Assembly: GCA_964514965.1 (NCBI GenBank)
Contig: CAZETV010000001.1
Location: 90,001 to 122,000, forward strand
Length of the DNA: 32,000 nt
Direction of reading: 5' to 3'
From: Candidatus Hadarchaeota archaeon
GTDB taxonomy: Archaea; Hadarchaeota; Hadarchaeia; Hadarchaeales; Hadarchaeaceae
The notes under the pieces are model-generated. The model made no database searches and was not told where the DNA came from. It saw only the letters and a program-made list of their open reading frames with translations. Within the stretch, counting starts at the first letter, position 1. Each line of letters starts with the position of its first letter. Positions 8,694 to 18,938 of the stretch are shown here, piece after piece. The position numbers were made by a program, and so were the translations under genes.

Positions 8694-9257
8694 CTACTCA
8701 TTATATCCTTGCCATCGTTGATAGAGTTGATGTTCGACCCCAAATGCATCTAGAATTCGCCCGACGATAAAGTCTACTAGGTCTGAGATTTTTTCCGGTT
8801 TGTGATAAAATGCGGGGCAGGCGGGTAAAATAATCGCTCCAGCGCGCCTAAGCTTGGCCATATTTTCAAGGTGGATTAAATTGAGCGGCGTCTCCCGCGG
8901 CACGAGCACTAGAGGGCGGTTTTGTTTTAGCGTGACATCGGCCGCCCGCGAGATGAGGTCAGCTGTCACCCCGCTTGCTATAGCCCCAAGAGTCTTCATG
9001 CTGCATGGAGCGATTACCATTCCGTCCGTGCGAAAGGAGCCGCTGGCAGAAGGGGCTGCTAAATCTTCACACGAGTAGACCCGCGTCGCCAGTTCTCGAA
9101 GCTCTTCAACGCTTTTTCCTAGCTCAAGTTTCACAATAATTTCAGCTGCTTTAGAAATTATAAGGTCAACCTCAATTCCCAGCTGGCGACAGATTTCAAG
9201 CAGCCTCGCGCCGTAGACCGCGCCACTGGATCCCGTGATGGCAACGATTAGATGCAT
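8694..9257 (-). CDS. ubiX: Flavin prenyltransferase UbiX
   Basis: MHLIVAITGSSGAVYGARLLE plus MVIAPCSMKTLGAIASG and RETPL are typical of the UbiX/Pad1 flavoprotein family. The protein is 187 aa. Confidence 0.85.
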   Translation of the reverse strand: MHLIVAITGSSGAVYGARLLEICRQLGIEVDLIISKAAEIIVKLELGKSVEELRELATRVYSCEDLAAPSASGSFRTDGMVIAPCSMKTLGAIASGVTADLISRAADVTLKQNRPLVLVPRETPLNLIHLENMAKLRRAGAIILPACPAFYHKPEKISDLVDFIVGRILDAFGVEHQLYQRWQGYNE

Positions 9258-9296
9258 GGGTACCCCAAACTGTATTCTCTTGAGGGGGGCAAGTTT

Positions 9297-10427
9297 TTAA
9301 GCAATTTCCTTCACTTTGGCGGCAACGGCGTCCCCGACCTCGGAGGTGCTGGATTTGCCGCCCAAGTCATAGGTTCGAGCTTCGCCTGTTTTCAGTGTAC
9401 CAATAACCGCTTGCTCGATATTATCAGCTACCTTTTCTTCTCCCAAGTGTTCAAGCATCATCTGCCCGGCCAAAATTGTGGCAAACGGGTTAGCGACGTT
9501 TTTCCCAGCGTGCTTGGGAGCGGAGCCGTGGATGGGCTCGAACATACTTACTCCTTCAGGGTTGATGTTGCCGCCTGGAGCAAGCCCCAAGCCACCTTGG
9601 ATCATGGCCCCCAAGTCTGTGATTATGTCGCCGAACATATTTGGCGTGACAACAACTTGGTACCATTCTGGATTTTTGATGAACCACATTGTGACCGCAT
9701 CAACAAATGCAAACTCGGTTTCAATTTCAGAATATTCCTTTGCCACCTGCTCGAACACCTCACGCCAGAGGCTGTAGACGTGTGTTAAAACGTTGGCCTT
9801 GTCAACCGAAGTTACACGTTTTTTGTCCTTCTTGCGGGCAAGCTCGAATGCATAGCGAATGGCTCGCTCTGTCCCTTTGTGGCTTACCACACCTATCTGA
9901 TATGCTAGCTCATCTCTGTCAACATCGATATCTAGGCTAAATTTCACCTGATAGATTGAGCGAAGCACCTCAAGCTTATCTTTCGATTTGCCTTTCACGT
10001 GTCCACCTATCCCAACGTAAAAATCCTCAGTGTTCTCGCGCACCACATAAAAATTGACATGTTCCGGTCCTTTGTTCTTGAGTGGACATGGCACACCGGG
10101 ATAAAGTTTGATGGGGCGGAGGTTGATGTACTGTTCGAAGTAAAAGCGAAGCTTCAGCAAAATACCCTGCTCAAGCACACCTGTTTGCACGCGGGGGTCA
10201 CCTAGAGCGCCGAGATATATGGCGTCCATTTTTGAAAGTTTTTTTAGTTCGTCCTCCGACACGAGTTCTCCAGTCTTAAGGTAGTGCTCGGCACCGTAGG
10301 GGAACTCGACGAACTCAAGCTTTAGGCCAGATTTCGCCTCGGCTGCCGCGTTTAGTACTTTTACTCCTTCACGAATTACCTCGGGGCCTATGCCGTCACC
10401 AGGAATTAACGCAATTTTGTAATTCAT
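9297..10427 (-). CDS. leuB: 3-isopropylmalate dehydrogenase-family beta-decarboxylating dehydrogenase
   Basis: Motifs are [52 protein letters not shown] and [19 protein letters not shown]. The start is set at ATG 10427 ([12 protein letters not shown]), dropping a 14-aa extension. The sequence also resembles the tartrate/D-malate dehydrogenase subfamily, so substrate is inferred from the leuCD/ilv context. Confidence 0.75.
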   Translation of the reverse strand: MNYKIALIPGDGIGPEVIREGVKVLNAAAEAKSGLKLEFVEFPYGAEHYLKTGELVSEDELKKLSKMDAIYLGALGDPRVQTGVLEQGILLKLRFYFEQYINLRPIKLYPGVPCPLKNKGPEHVNFYVVRENTEDFYVGIGGHVKGKSKDKLEVLRSIYQVKFSLDIDVDRDELAYQIGVVSHKGTERAIRYAFELARKKDKKRVTSVDKANVLTHVYSLWREVFEQVAKEYSEIETEFAFVDAVTMWFIKNPEWYQVVVTPNMFGDIITDLGAMIQGGLGLAPGGNINPEGVSMFEPIHGSAPKHAGKNVANPFATILAGQMMLEHLGEEKVADNIEQAVIGTLKTGEARTYDLGGKSSTSEVGDAVAAKVKEIA

Positions 10428-10496
10428 ACAACCACTTGCCGAAGCAATTATTTTTATTCGCCTGCCCACTTAAACTTAGACGTTTGAGGCGATGTG

Positions 10497-11066
10497 ATGG
10501 ATTCGACGCAACAATTCAAGTTAAATAATACATTCGCGTATATCGCGGCCATCGTGCTTATCACCTGTTTCATCTTGGTCTTCGCGTTCAGCATTTTACC
10601 AAATCTTCCAAACTATCCAAACCAGCCAGATGAGTGGCGTTGGTACGCTGTATCATGGAACCTAGGGGGCCCGCTGATGTTCATCATCATCTTTCGCATC
10701 CACATGCTACGTGTGCTTAGAGATGTTATTCGAAAAGGGCGGGTGGTACTGGGCGTAACGCTATGGGTAAAATTTTGGTTTGGAGCAGCCTTGTTTTTCG
10801 GTTTGGTGACTTTCCCATTCGTGTTTCAAAATTATGTTGTTTACGGCGTGATGTCATTTTATTTGAATGCTGGGGCGGTGCTCGCGATTGTCGCATGGCT
10901 TTTATTGATAGCGTCTTCCATCGCTCTACTGCGGACTAGGTGCTCGAAAGCTATGTTACCCTCAATCGAGAATGCGCGGGAAGTGCATCGAGCTTTACTT
11001 GTACCCGCCTCCATAATTTTCTTCATTTTTACTGGGCTCTCGTCCATTACAATTTTGTTTCCGTAA
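10497..11066 (+). CDS. Hypothetical integral membrane protein (about 5 TM helices)
   Basis: The ORF has clear hydrophobic segments (IAAIVLITCFILVFAFSIL, GGPLMFIIIF, FGAALFFGLVTFPFVF, AVLAIVAWLLLIASSIALL, ALLVPASIIFFIFTGL). I recognise no family motif. GTG is at 10494 and ATG at 10497. Confidence 0.5.
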   Translation: MDSTQQFKLNNTFAYIAAIVLITCFILVFAFSILPNLPNYPNQPDEWRWYAVSWNLGGPLMFIIIFRIHMLRVLRDVIRKGRVVLGVTLWVKFWFGAALFFGLVTFPFVFQNYVVYGVMSFYLNAGAVLAIVAWLLLIASSIALLRTRCSKAMLPSIENAREVHRALLVPASIIFFIFTGLSSITILFP

Positions 11067-11096
11067 CTGCAGGTCTGGCATCTTAAAGCTAGTTGG

Positions 11097-11597
11097 TCAA
11101 CGTTTAAGAGTCCGCTTCAGATGAGGAAGCAGACCTCCAGCTTGGATTATTTTAAGAACGAAACTAGGCAGTGGTTCTGCTTTAAATATCTCGCCAGTCC
11201 TTAGATTACGCACCACGCCCTCTTGAAAGTCGACTTTTGCCGTGTCGCCCGACTTGAAACCATTGTGCACGCCAGGGCATGTCAACACATTCAAGCCTTG
11301 ATTGATAGAATTACGGTAAAAAATTCTGGCAAACGACTCGGCCACCACTGCTGAAATACCCGCAGCCTTTAACGTGATTGGTGCTTCTTCCCTACTGGAA
11401 CCACACCCGAAGTTCCGTCCAGCAATGATAACATCGCCATTGGCCACTTTAGATGAGAAACTTGGATCGATATTTTCCATCACATGCGAAGCCAGCCAAT
11501 TTGGATCATGGGTTGCCTCAAACTTGGGCAGGTAGCGACCAGCGATTATATCGTCTGTACTTATGTTATTGTTAAACACCCAAACGCGCGTCATCAT
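11097..11597 (-). CDS. leuD: 3-isopropylmalate dehydratase small subunit (LeuD / aconitase swivel domain)
   Basis: It is 166 aa with STDDIIAGRYL and GRNFGCGSSREEAP motifs. It overlaps leuC by 4 nt (ATGA). IPMI versus homoaconitase specificity cannot be decided by eye. Confidence 0.8.
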   Translation of the reverse strand: MMTRVWVFNNNISTDDIIAGRYLPKFEATHDPNWLASHVMENIDPSFSSKVANGDVIIAGRNFGCGSSREEAPITLKAAGISAVVAESFARIFYRNSINQGLNVLTCPGVHNGFKSGDTAKVDFQEGVVRNLRTGEIFKAEPLPSFVLKIIQAGGLLPHLKRTLKR

Positions 11598-12850
11598 ACA
11601 TTCCTCGGGTCAGTTATTATCCCTTTTATCGCAGAAGCGGCAACTGTCGCTGGTGAAGCTAAGTAAACTTTCGACTCTGGACTGCCCTGCCTTCCACGGA
11701 AATTTCTATTTGATGTAGATATACAAACTTCGCCAGGGGCCAGAATTCCGACATGGCAGCCCATGCAAGCTGCACAACAGGGCGCCTCAACCAACGCGCC
11801 TGCTTCTACAAATATCTTGATAAGCCCGTCATCAAGCGCTTTTCGATAGATATCTCTAGAAGCTGGAGACACTATTAACCTCACGCGCCTGCTTACTTTC
11901 TTGCCTCTGAGAACCGCAGCCGCAGCCTCTAAATCTTCAATCCTCCCGTTCGTGCAACTGCCTAAAAATGCCTGGTCGATCTCAATTTTCTCTACCTCGG
12001 CAACCGGCTTTATATTATTCACGTTGTGGGGACATGCAACTTGTGGTTCAAGCTCAGACAAATCGTATGTATGTGTTTCTGCGTATTGAGCATCAGTATC
12101 ACTATGCACTGCGCTATAGCTTCGCTTGGCCCGACCTGTAAGATACTGTTCTGTTACATCGTCCGGTGGCACGATTGCATTCTTTGTCCCCATTTCCACA
12201 CCCATGTTGCACATCGTCATGCGGCCGTCCATCGTGATATTGCGTATACCTGGACCCGTGAACTCCGCAGAACGGTAATTTACTCCTTCCGCGCTCAAAT
12301 CTCCAATTATTTTTAAAATAACGTCCTTTGCCATCACTCGTCTAGACAATTTTTTTTCCAGCACAATTTTGATACTATCTGGGACACGGAACCACAATTT
12401 CCCAGTCGCGAAAACAGCAGCCATGTCAGTCGCGCCTACGCCTGCCGAAACACACCCAAGCGCGCCGTATGTTGTCGTGTGTGAATCGGCGCCCACAATC
12501 AAAGACCCGGGCAGTGCAAACCCTTTTTCAGGAACAACTTGATGGCAAATACCTTCAAATATATCGTAAAAGTTTTGAATCTTTTGCTCAGAAGCGAATT
12601 TCCTTAACACGATATGATTTTGCGCCGCATCTATAGAATTCGCTGGAACTTGATGGTCACATACTATAACAATTTTTTTAGGGTCCCAAACTTTAGCCAC
12701 GCCTATCTCGCGAAATATGTGGATAGCTAGGGGTCCGGTGAGGTCGTGTATCATCGCCGCGTCGATTTTTGCCTCAACTATTTCACTTGGACTAACGCTT
12801 TTTTTGCCCGAAGCTCGAGCCAAAATTTTCTCGGTTATGGTCATGCCCAT
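11594..12850 (-). CDS. leuC: 3-isopropylmalate dehydratase large subunit (archaeal-type LeuC)
   Basis: It is 418 aa with MTITEKIL, VCDHQVP, GADSHTT, the Fe-S cysteine regions GSCTNGR and CCAACMG, and NRNFRGRQG. Confidence 0.85.
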   Translation of the reverse strand: MGMTITEKILARASGKKSVSPSEIVEAKIDAAMIHDLTGPLAIHIFREIGVAKVWDPKKIVIVCDHQVPANSIDAAQNHIVLRKFASEQKIQNFYDIFEGICHQVVPEKGFALPGSLIVGADSHTTTYGALGCVSAGVGATDMAAVFATGKLWFRVPDSIKIVLEKKLSRRVMAKDVILKIIGDLSAEGVNYRSAEFTGPGIRNITMDGRMTMCNMGVEMGTKNAIVPPDDVTEQYLTGRAKRSYSAVHSDTDAQYAETHTYDLSELEPQVACPHNVNNIKPVAEVEKIEIDQAFLGSCTNGRIEDLEAAAAVLRGKKVSRRVRLIVSPASRDIYRKALDDGLIKIFVEAGALVEAPCCAACMGCHVGILAPGEVCISTSNRNFRGRQGSPESKVYLASPATVAASAIKGIITDPRNV

Positions 12851-12907
12851 TTAATCACTTTTCACCAAATATTTTTTTTCGGTTGTTAAGATATCTGGAT
12901 TGCCATG

Positions 12908-14566
12908 CTATTTTAAAATTGCTCCCTCTGCTGCTGAGCTAACGATGCGCGAATAAAGCGCGAGGTAACCCTTTCTAACCCGCGGTTTCGGAGGTTTAAA
13001 CCGTTCAAGTCTAGCCGTAATTTCAGCTTCGGGCAAAAGTAATTCCAACTTGCGCCGTTTAATATCAATCAATATTTTGTCACCATCTTGCACGATGGCT
13101 ATTGGACCACCTTCTGCGGCCTCGGGCGATACATGGCCGAAGCAGGCACCGTGTGTACCACCCGAGAACCTGCCGTCCGTGATAATCGCGACCGAATCAC
13201 CCAGCCCCATACCAATGACCGAAGCTGTTGGGGTGAGCATCTCCCGCATCCCCGGACCACCCTTTGGCCCCTCGTAGCGGATGATAATAATATCACCTTG
13301 TTTGATTCGCTTGTTCAAGATGGCTCTGGTCGCATCCTCTTCGCGATCAAAAATACGCGCAGCCCCCTGATGGCGTAACATGCGCAAGCTTACTCCAGCG
13401 TACTTTACAACTGCACCTTTGGGAGCAAGATTACCATAAAGAATTGCTATGCCACCCTCGGAGTGATACGGCTTTGTCAACGGCTTGATAACTTTAGACT
13501 CGTGAAATTTTATAAACTTCAAATTATCTCGAACTCGGCGTCCCGTGACCGTGAGCGGGCTTCCTCGAACTAATTTGCATAATCTTTTCATGAGTGCTGG
13601 CACCCCACCCGCCCGTTCTAGGTCAATCATATAATGCTCGCCGCTTGGTCGCAGATTGCATATTTGCGGTGTGCGACGGCTGAGTCTATCGAAAACGTCC
13701 AAACAAAGTTTGATGTCGGCCTCATGAGCGATCGCGGGTAAATGGAGCACAGTGTTAGTTGAGCCCCCCAACGCCAGGTCAACAATGACCGCATTTTCAA
13801 AAGCTGAGCGAGTCATAATCCTGCTAGGCGTTATCCCGCGTTTTAACAATTCTACGACTTGCTTACCACTCTGTTTCGCGAGGCGCCTCTTTTTTGCGTC
13901 TATAGCGTGTGAGGTACCAACCCCTGGCAGCGACATCCCAAGCGCTTCAGTCAGACAGGCCATAGTATTTGCAGTGAATAGACCAGCACAGGAGCCACAG
14001 CTAGGACAGCATCGATCCTCTATCTCCCTCGCTTCGTGCCAGCTAAGCGTTCCAGCTTTAACCGCTCCGACTGCTTCGGATGCACTTATGAAATCCAAAC
14101 GTTTCCCTCGCCACTCCCCAGGTATCATCGGACCTCCCGTACACATAATCGCAGGAATGTTAACTCGCGCGAGAGCCATGAGCATGCCGGGCACTATTTT
14201 ATCGCAGCTTGCAATGGCGACTACAGCATCAAAACGATGAGCTTCCAACATGAGCTCTAGGCTGTTAGATATTACCTCTCGTGAAGGGAGAGAAAAGCAC
14301 ATACCTTGTGTACCCATCGCTATACCATCACATATGCCGATAGTATTGAACTCGAAAGGTGTCCCCCCAGCTGCACGAATTCCAGCTGCAGCTGCTTCGC
14401 TCAGTTCTCGGAGGTGCAGGTGCCCAGGGACAATATTGTTGTAAGAGTTTGCTATCGCTACAAAAGGGCGTTCTATGTCGGCATCTGTTAATCCATCGGC
14501 TTTCAGAAGTGCACGTCGGGGTAAACCTTCAAGACCCGAGACAATCTCTCGGCTGCGAAGTTTCAT
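12908..14566 (-). CDS. ilvD: Dihydroxy-acid dehydratase
   Basis: IlvD/Edd motifs are present: [28 protein letters not shown] and [14 protein letters not shown] (14579..14575) lies 8 nt upstream of ATG 14566, so I prefer that start over TTG 14569. Confidence 0.9.
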   Translation of the reverse strand: MKLRSREIVSGLEGLPRRALLKADGLTDADIERPFVAIANSYNNIVPGHLHLRELSEAAAAGIRAAGGTPFEFNTIGICDGIAMGTQGMCFSLPSREVISNSLELMLEAHRFDAVVAIASCDKIVPGMLMALARVNIPAIMCTGGPMIPGEWRGKRLDFISASEAVGAVKAGTLSWHEAREIEDRCCPSCGSCAGLFTANTMACLTEALGMSLPGVGTSHAIDAKKRRLAKQSGKQVVELLKRGITPSRIMTRSAFENAVIVDLALGGSTNTVLHLPAIAHEADIKLCLDVFDRLSRRTPQICNLRPSGEHYMIDLERAGGVPALMKRLCKLVRGSPLTVTGRRVRDNLKFIKFHESKVIKPLTKPYHSEGGIAILYGNLAPKGAVVKYAGVSLRMLRHQGAARIFDREEDATRAILNKRIKQGDIIIIRYEGPKGGPGMREMLTPTASVIGMGLGDSVAIITDGRFSGGTHGACFGHVSPEAAEGGPIAIVQDGDKILIDIKRRKLELLLPEAEITARLERFKPPKPRVRKGYLALYSRIVSSAAEGAILK

Positions 14567-14633
14567 CAACCTAGCCTCCTAGAAGGCTTCATCGTTAAGC
14601 TTTATTTAATTTCCTAATACAAGAATACGTTCA

Positions 14634-15620
14634 TCATTTTTCGATGCCAGCCCACTTTCGAAGCTCCTTGCCAATTTTTTCTATTAAGTGGGCCTTGCCT
14701 TCCTCACGCATCTGTTTTAAGTTGGTGATTCCCTTCTGGTTTTCAGCGACCCATTCCTTCGCGAAATCACCGCTCTGCACATCCTTTAATATCTTATTTA
14801 TTGTCTCCCTCACCTTTCCATCTATGATTATCGGGCCTCGCGTCCGTCCGCCATACTCGGCCGTGTTGCTAACTGCAGTCCACATGCCCTCTAACCCATG
14901 TTCGTAAATCAGGTCCACAATGAGCTTTAGTTCGTTCAAACACTCGAAGTACGCGATTTCAGGCTGATATCCCGCTTCGGTAAGGGTTTCGAATCCCGCT
15001 TTTATCAATTCTGAAACCCCTCCGCACAACACGACTTGTTCCCCAAAGAGGTCGGTCTCAACTTCCTCTTTGAAAGTTGTCTCCACCACTCCGATTCGAG
15101 TCAGTCCAACTCCTTTTGCGAGCGCTAGAGCGACTTGCTTTGCTTGGCCGCTGGGATCTTGGGCGACCGCGAGCAACCCTGGTGTCCCAGAACCTTGTTG
15201 ATACATGCGCCGCAAGAGCGCCCCCGGTGCCTTCGGGGCAATCATGATAACATCAACATCATTGGGTGGGGTGATTTGTTTGAAGTGGATGTTAAATCCG
15301 TGACTGAAGCAAAGCATTTTGCCTTTTTTCATGTGTTGAGATATCTGCTCACGATAGGTCGACGCTTGATACTCATCGGGGATAAGCATGTGGACGATGT
15401 CTCCCCGCCGTGCAGCTTCGGCAATATCGTAGACCTCAAACCCATCGGCCACTGCTTTATCATAACTTGGGTCCTTTATGCTTCCAATAATCACTTTGCA
15501 ACCGGAATCACGGAGGTTGTTGGATTGCGCCTGCCCTTGGTTGCCGTATCCTATGATCGTTATGGTTTTGTCTTTGAGCACACTCAGGTCGGCGTCTTGG
15601 TCGTAATAAATCTTCGTCAT
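14634..15620 (-). CDS. ilvC: Ketol-acid reductoisomerase (class I)
   Basis: MTKIYYDQDADLS, the Rossmann loop IGYGNQGQAQSNNLRDSG, FSHGFNI and the C-terminal knotted domain are present. The protein is 328 aa. Confidence 0.92.
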   Translation of the reverse strand: MTKIYYDQDADLSVLKDKTITIIGYGNQGQAQSNNLRDSGCKVIIGSIKDPSYDKAVADGFEVYDIAEAARRGDIVHMLIPDEYQASTYREQISQHMKKGKMLCFSHGFNIHFKQITPPNDVDVIMIAPKAPGALLRRMYQQGSGTPGLLAVAQDPSGQAKQVALALAKGVGLTRIGVVETTFKEEVETDLFGEQVVLCGGVSELIKAGFETLTEAGYQPEIAYFECLNELKLIVDLIYEHGLEGMWTAVSNTAEYGGRTRGPIIIDGKVRETINKILKDVQSGDFAKEWVAENQKGITNLKQMREEGKAHLIEKIGKELRKWAGIEK

Positions 15621-15635
15621 ATTATCATCCCATAA

Positions 15636-16124
15636 CTATTTTACACGTGATATAAGAACTTGTCCCGAGCGGGCTACCTCTTTCAGTATTTTTGGCCCCA
15701 ATGATTTGATAACACGTTCGATTTCGTCATGCTCTCCGCTGAGTTCAGCGATCACCATACTGTTTTTGGATTCAAGCACCCGACCACCAGCTCGCTCGAT
15801 TTGCTGCATCATCTGCAATAGTTGCTTCTTGTTTAATTTTCGTGTCTTTAACAGCGTCACCTCTCGAACGATGCTTTGCTCAGTCTCGATTACTTCGACA
15901 TCCACGATGGGCTCTAAGCGGACTAGCACTCTACGCATGAACTCGGCCATGCGGTCGTCTTCCTTGAACATCAGGATAATCCGTGCCAATCCGGTAGGTT
16001 CGATTCCTACTGTGATCGAATCTAGATTAATCTGGCGCCGAGTGAAAGTGCGTGATATCCGCATCATTACGCCAGGGACGTTTTCGCAGAGTACAGAAAA
16101 AATTCGAGTTTTCATCTTGAACAC
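15636..16124 (-). CDS. ilvN: Acetolactate synthase small (regulatory, ACT-domain) subunit
   Basis: IFSVLCENVPGVMMRISRTFTRRQINLDSITVG is the typical IlvN/IlvH ACT domain. The GTG start directly abuts the ilvB stop (TAG-GTG). An alternative ATG is at 16115. Confidence 0.85.
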   Translation of the reverse strand: MFKMKTRIFSVLCENVPGVMMRISRTFTRRQINLDSITVGIEPTGLARIILMFKEDDRMAEFMRRVLVRLEPIVDVEVIETEQSIVREVTLLKTRKLNKKQLLQMMQQIERAGGRVLESKNSMVIAELSGEHDEIERVIKSLGPKILKEVARSGQVLISRVK

Positions 16125-17804
16125 CTACGTTAACATCTGGTCGATTCTCCCCCCCGCTGGAACCATCGGCAATACATGCTCGTCGGAGTCAATCGGGATG
16201 TCGAGCACCGCTGGCTTTCCACAACGCAGAGCCTCGCGCAGCTTTGGTGCCACCTCGCTCGGTCTTGTCGCACGATCGCCCCAAGCGTCGTATGCTTCGG
16301 CGAGTTTCACGAAGTTAGGTACCTTACCGAGGGATGTAGCGGAACGGCGCTTTTGGAAAAACAGGTCTTGCCACTGTTTAACCATTCCCAAGTAGTGGTT
16401 GTTGAAGATGCACGAAACAACGTTTATATTGTTCTCCACAACCGTTGCTAACTCTTGGGAATTCATCAGGAAGCTTCCGTCCCCCGCGATGTTTACAACA
16501 TCACACTTAGGACGCGCAACCTTTACGCCCATTGCGGCTGGAAATCCGAAACCCATCGTGCCTAGACCACCCGAGGAGATGAAATGTCGGGGCTTCCGCG
16601 TCATATAGAAGTGTGCGCTCCACATTTGGCATTGTCCTACCTCAGTCACTACGATGGCATTCTCATCGAGCACGTTCATTATTTCCTTGATGACGCGCTG
16701 TGGTTTGATGGGAACCTCATCGTAGTCCGTTCGGGGAGCAAGGTCCCTGCGCAGCTTTTTTACTCGCTCGATCCATCTGCTTGTCCGTCCTCGTTTTGCG
16801 TGGGAGCGGAGCCCTTTGATTATCGCAGTTAATGCCAGCTTTGCATCGCTGACTATCGGCAGATCAACGCGAATGTTCTTGCCGATTTCAACTGGGTCGA
16901 TGTCGATGTGGATAATTTTAGCCTTTGGGGCAAAGCAGCTAACATCTCCAGTAGAGCGGTCGCTGAAGCGTGTCCCGACAGCAAATAGCACATCTGACTC
17001 GGTCACCGCGAGGTTTGCAGCCATCCGCCCGTGCATCCCCAACATCCCTAACGCGAGCGGGTGGTCTTCAGGTATCAACCCTTTGCCCAGCAGCGAAGTC
17101 GTCACTGGAGCACCGAGTAACTCTGCAAGCTTAACCAGCTCGGCCGAGGCATTCGACCATGTCACGCCGCCGCCCGCGTAAATCACTGGTTGCTCGGCCT
17201 TGGTGAGCATGTCAACAGCCTTTTTTATTTGTCCAGTCTCAGGCTCCGGTTTTGAGGGTCTTAAGTACTTGACCTTGGCGGGGATTTTAAAGTCGGTCTT
17301 GGTCATCTGCACGCTTTTTGGTATGTCGATGTGCACGGGGCCAGGTCTACCCGTAATTGCGATTTTGAAAGCAAGCTTGACAACGCTTGGTAACTCTTCG
17401 GCGCGGTGGACGATGAAGTTGTGCTTGGTTATGGGCAACATTATGCTGAGCATATCTGCCTCTTGAAAAGCGTCAGTACCTAAAGCTTGAGTTGAAACTT
17501 GCCCACTTATCGCGATCACGGGCGAGCTGTCCATGTAAGCATTCAGTATGCCAGTTGTGAGATTAGTCGCCCCGGGCCCAGAGGTCGTCATGCAAACTCC
17601 TGGCTTCCCAAGCACTCGGGCGTATCCGTCGGCCGCGTGCGCCGCGCCCTGCTCGTGCCGCGTTAGAATGTGTTGGATTTCGTGGAAATCGTAAAGGGCA
17701 TCGTAAATCGGGATTATCGCCCCGCCCGGAATGCCGAAGATGTGCTTCACACCCTCTGCCTTCAGCGCCTCGAACAGCGCTTTCGAACCTGTTAACTTGA
17801 CCAT
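16125..17804 (-). CDS. ilvB: Acetolactate synthase large (catalytic, ThDP) subunit
   Basis: It is 559 aa with HEQGAAHAADGYAR, TSGPGATN, the ThDP-binding GDGSF...NN motif (IAGDGSFLMNSQELATVVENNINVVSCIFNN) and MVKQWQ. An SD AAGGAG sits just upstream. Confidence 0.9.
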   Translation of the reverse strand: MVKLTGSKALFEALKAEGVKHIFGIPGGAIIPIYDALYDFHEIQHILTRHEQGAAHAADGYARVLGKPGVCMTTSGPGATNLTTGILNAYMDSSPVIAISGQVSTQALGTDAFQEADMLSIMLPITKHNFIVHRAEELPSVVKLAFKIAITGRPGPVHIDIPKSVQMTKTDFKIPAKVKYLRPSKPEPETGQIKKAVDMLTKAEQPVIYAGGGVTWSNASAELVKLAELLGAPVTTSLLGKGLIPEDHPLALGMLGMHGRMAANLAVTESDVLFAVGTRFSDRSTGDVSCFAPKAKIIHIDIDPVEIGKNIRVDLPIVSDAKLALTAIIKGLRSHAKRGRTSRWIERVKKLRRDLAPRTDYDEVPIKPQRVIKEIMNVLDENAIVVTEVGQCQMWSAHFYMTRKPRHFISSGGLGTMGFGFPAAMGVKVARPKCDVVNIAGDGSFLMNSQELATVVENNINVVSCIFNNHYLGMVKQWQDLFFQKRRSATSLGKVPNFVKLAEAYDAWGDRATRPSEVAPKLREALRCGKPAVLDIPIDSDEHVLPMVPAGGRIDQMLT

Positions 17805-17844
17805 CTAATCACTCCTTAAAAGCTATGAATTTCTCCGCTTAAAA

Positions 17845-18618
17845 CTAATTCTTTTCACTCGGAAGTTTGACTAGAATCGAGAACCTAAACTTTCGGCGTC
17901 CATCTCGAGTTTGACCTATGAGCTTTGTACTCTCTTTAATCTCAGCTCCAAAGTCTGATTTAAGCATCGACGCCATTTGCCTCGCCAAGTTCACCGGATT
18001 CACATAGAGATCGAAACCCTCTTGCCTCTCCTCGACATCGGCGATGAATGCATCTCGTTCTCGCTTGCTTGCGTTCATGGCAAGTCGCTGAAGTATTTTT
18101 TTGATTTTAAAGCTCTTTTCCTCCGTGAGCTTTCCTCGCACTTGCAGAATTGCCTCGTAGTGGCGGGCACTCTTGAGTCTGCACACATCACAAGTACTCC
18201 GCTTGAGCATGAACGCTATGCGTGCTTCGTCGAACTGGGGCTCAACCTGTAGCTCGTGAACTTTTCCTTTTGCTCTAACTTTGATTACTTTTTCGGCTAA
18301 TTTTGGATCAATCCAGAACTCGGTTTCAGGCACCTCTCGTGGATAAAAGAATTTTATCCCCGCGTCGCTCAGGCGTACAACTTTTAGATTCGAGAGAACG
18401 GTGGCTCTAATTGCGTTAATGATGATGTCACCTTCCTCCGCCTCATGCCATCTCTTTTCGAGCAAGTAGGTCCCACATCTTCCGCAGATCGTGACCTCAA
18501 TCTCTGCCGGTGCTCGAAGGAGACGGTTCTCCTCGGCGAAGCAGCGTTGACACAGGCCTTTGATTAATGGGCCTCGTTTTGTCTCGAGTGCGCCGCATCG
18601 GTAGCAAAAACGTTTCAT
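17845..18618 (-). CDS. NMD3-family protein (archaeal homologue of the 60S export adaptor)
   Basis: The Cys clusters CYRCG...CQRCF, CGRCGTYLLEKRW and CDVCRLKSARHYEAILQVRGK, plus EGFDLYV, parallel yeast Nmd3 segments (FCRNCERF..W, QCPDCAR..W.A.VQIRQK, DGLDFFY) as I remember them. Confidence 0.8.
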   Translation of the reverse strand: MKRFCYRCGALETKRGPLIKGLCQRCFAEENRLLRAPAEIEVTICGRCGTYLLEKRWHEAEEGDIIINAIRATVLSNLKVVRLSDAGIKFFYPREVPETEFWIDPKLAEKVIKVRAKGKVHELQVEPQFDEARIAFMLKRSTCDVCRLKSARHYEAILQVRGKLTEEKSFKIKKILQRLAMNASKRERDAFIADVEERQEGFDLYVNPVNLARQMASMLKSDFGAEIKESTKLIGQTRDGRRKFRFSILVKLPSEKN

Positions 18619-18870
18619 AATACCACTTGTTTTTGATTGATTGCTTAAACTTACTACCCCAAAGCGATATACCTGTGTTGGCTAGCCAGTGTGGTACCGA
18701 TTATTAGTTATCTTTTCCATTTTTGTCGGTTGCCTATTCGAGAAGCTATGAGAGCCTATCGTGGCCAGCAAATTGGGTTTGCTTTCGGCCATTATCTTCT
18801 TTTCTCTTTCAACAAATCTATGACCTGCTTGAAACCGTTCGCCATCAACATAAGTCTAAAATTATTTTTC

Positions 18871-18920
18871 ATGAATTAAAAAAAGAAAAGATGATGGGGG
18901 CGGTTGCGTTTTGCCCCCAT
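18871..18920 (-). terminator. Hairpin plus T-tract terminator downstream of the glycoside hydrolase gene
   Basis: On the minus strand, 18 nt after the TAG stop, the sequence is ATGGGGGC-AAAACGCAACC-GCCCCCAT. This is a perfect 8-bp stem (18920..18913 pairs with 18901..18894). It is followed by CATCTTTTCTTTTTTTAATT. Confidence 0.6.
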
Positions 18921-18938
18921 TACCGTGTTGTTATGCCG

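Noticed and set aside
15706-16395. A 229-aa plus-strand ORF. Similar long plus-strand ORFs occur at 9252-9788, 13752-14240, 15135-15635, 16816-17181 and 18723-19352.
   Set aside because: All lie antisense to strongly supported genes (ilvN/ilvB, leuB, ilvD, ilvC, GH). They have Ser/Arg/Pro-rich low-complexity translations typical of shadow frames and no start-site signals.
18679-18688. Perfect palindromes in promoters: TGGCTAGCCA (18679-18688, upstream of NMD3), ATCACGTGAT (23743-23752, just upstream of a TATA-like box before the SIS gene) and TATAGC-CTT-GCTATA (28510-28524).
   Set aside because: A perfect 10-bp palindrome is expected with a probability of roughly 0.3 per 300 bp of spacer, so these are not significant on their own. 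They could only be promoted to operators by finding the same motif at other loci.
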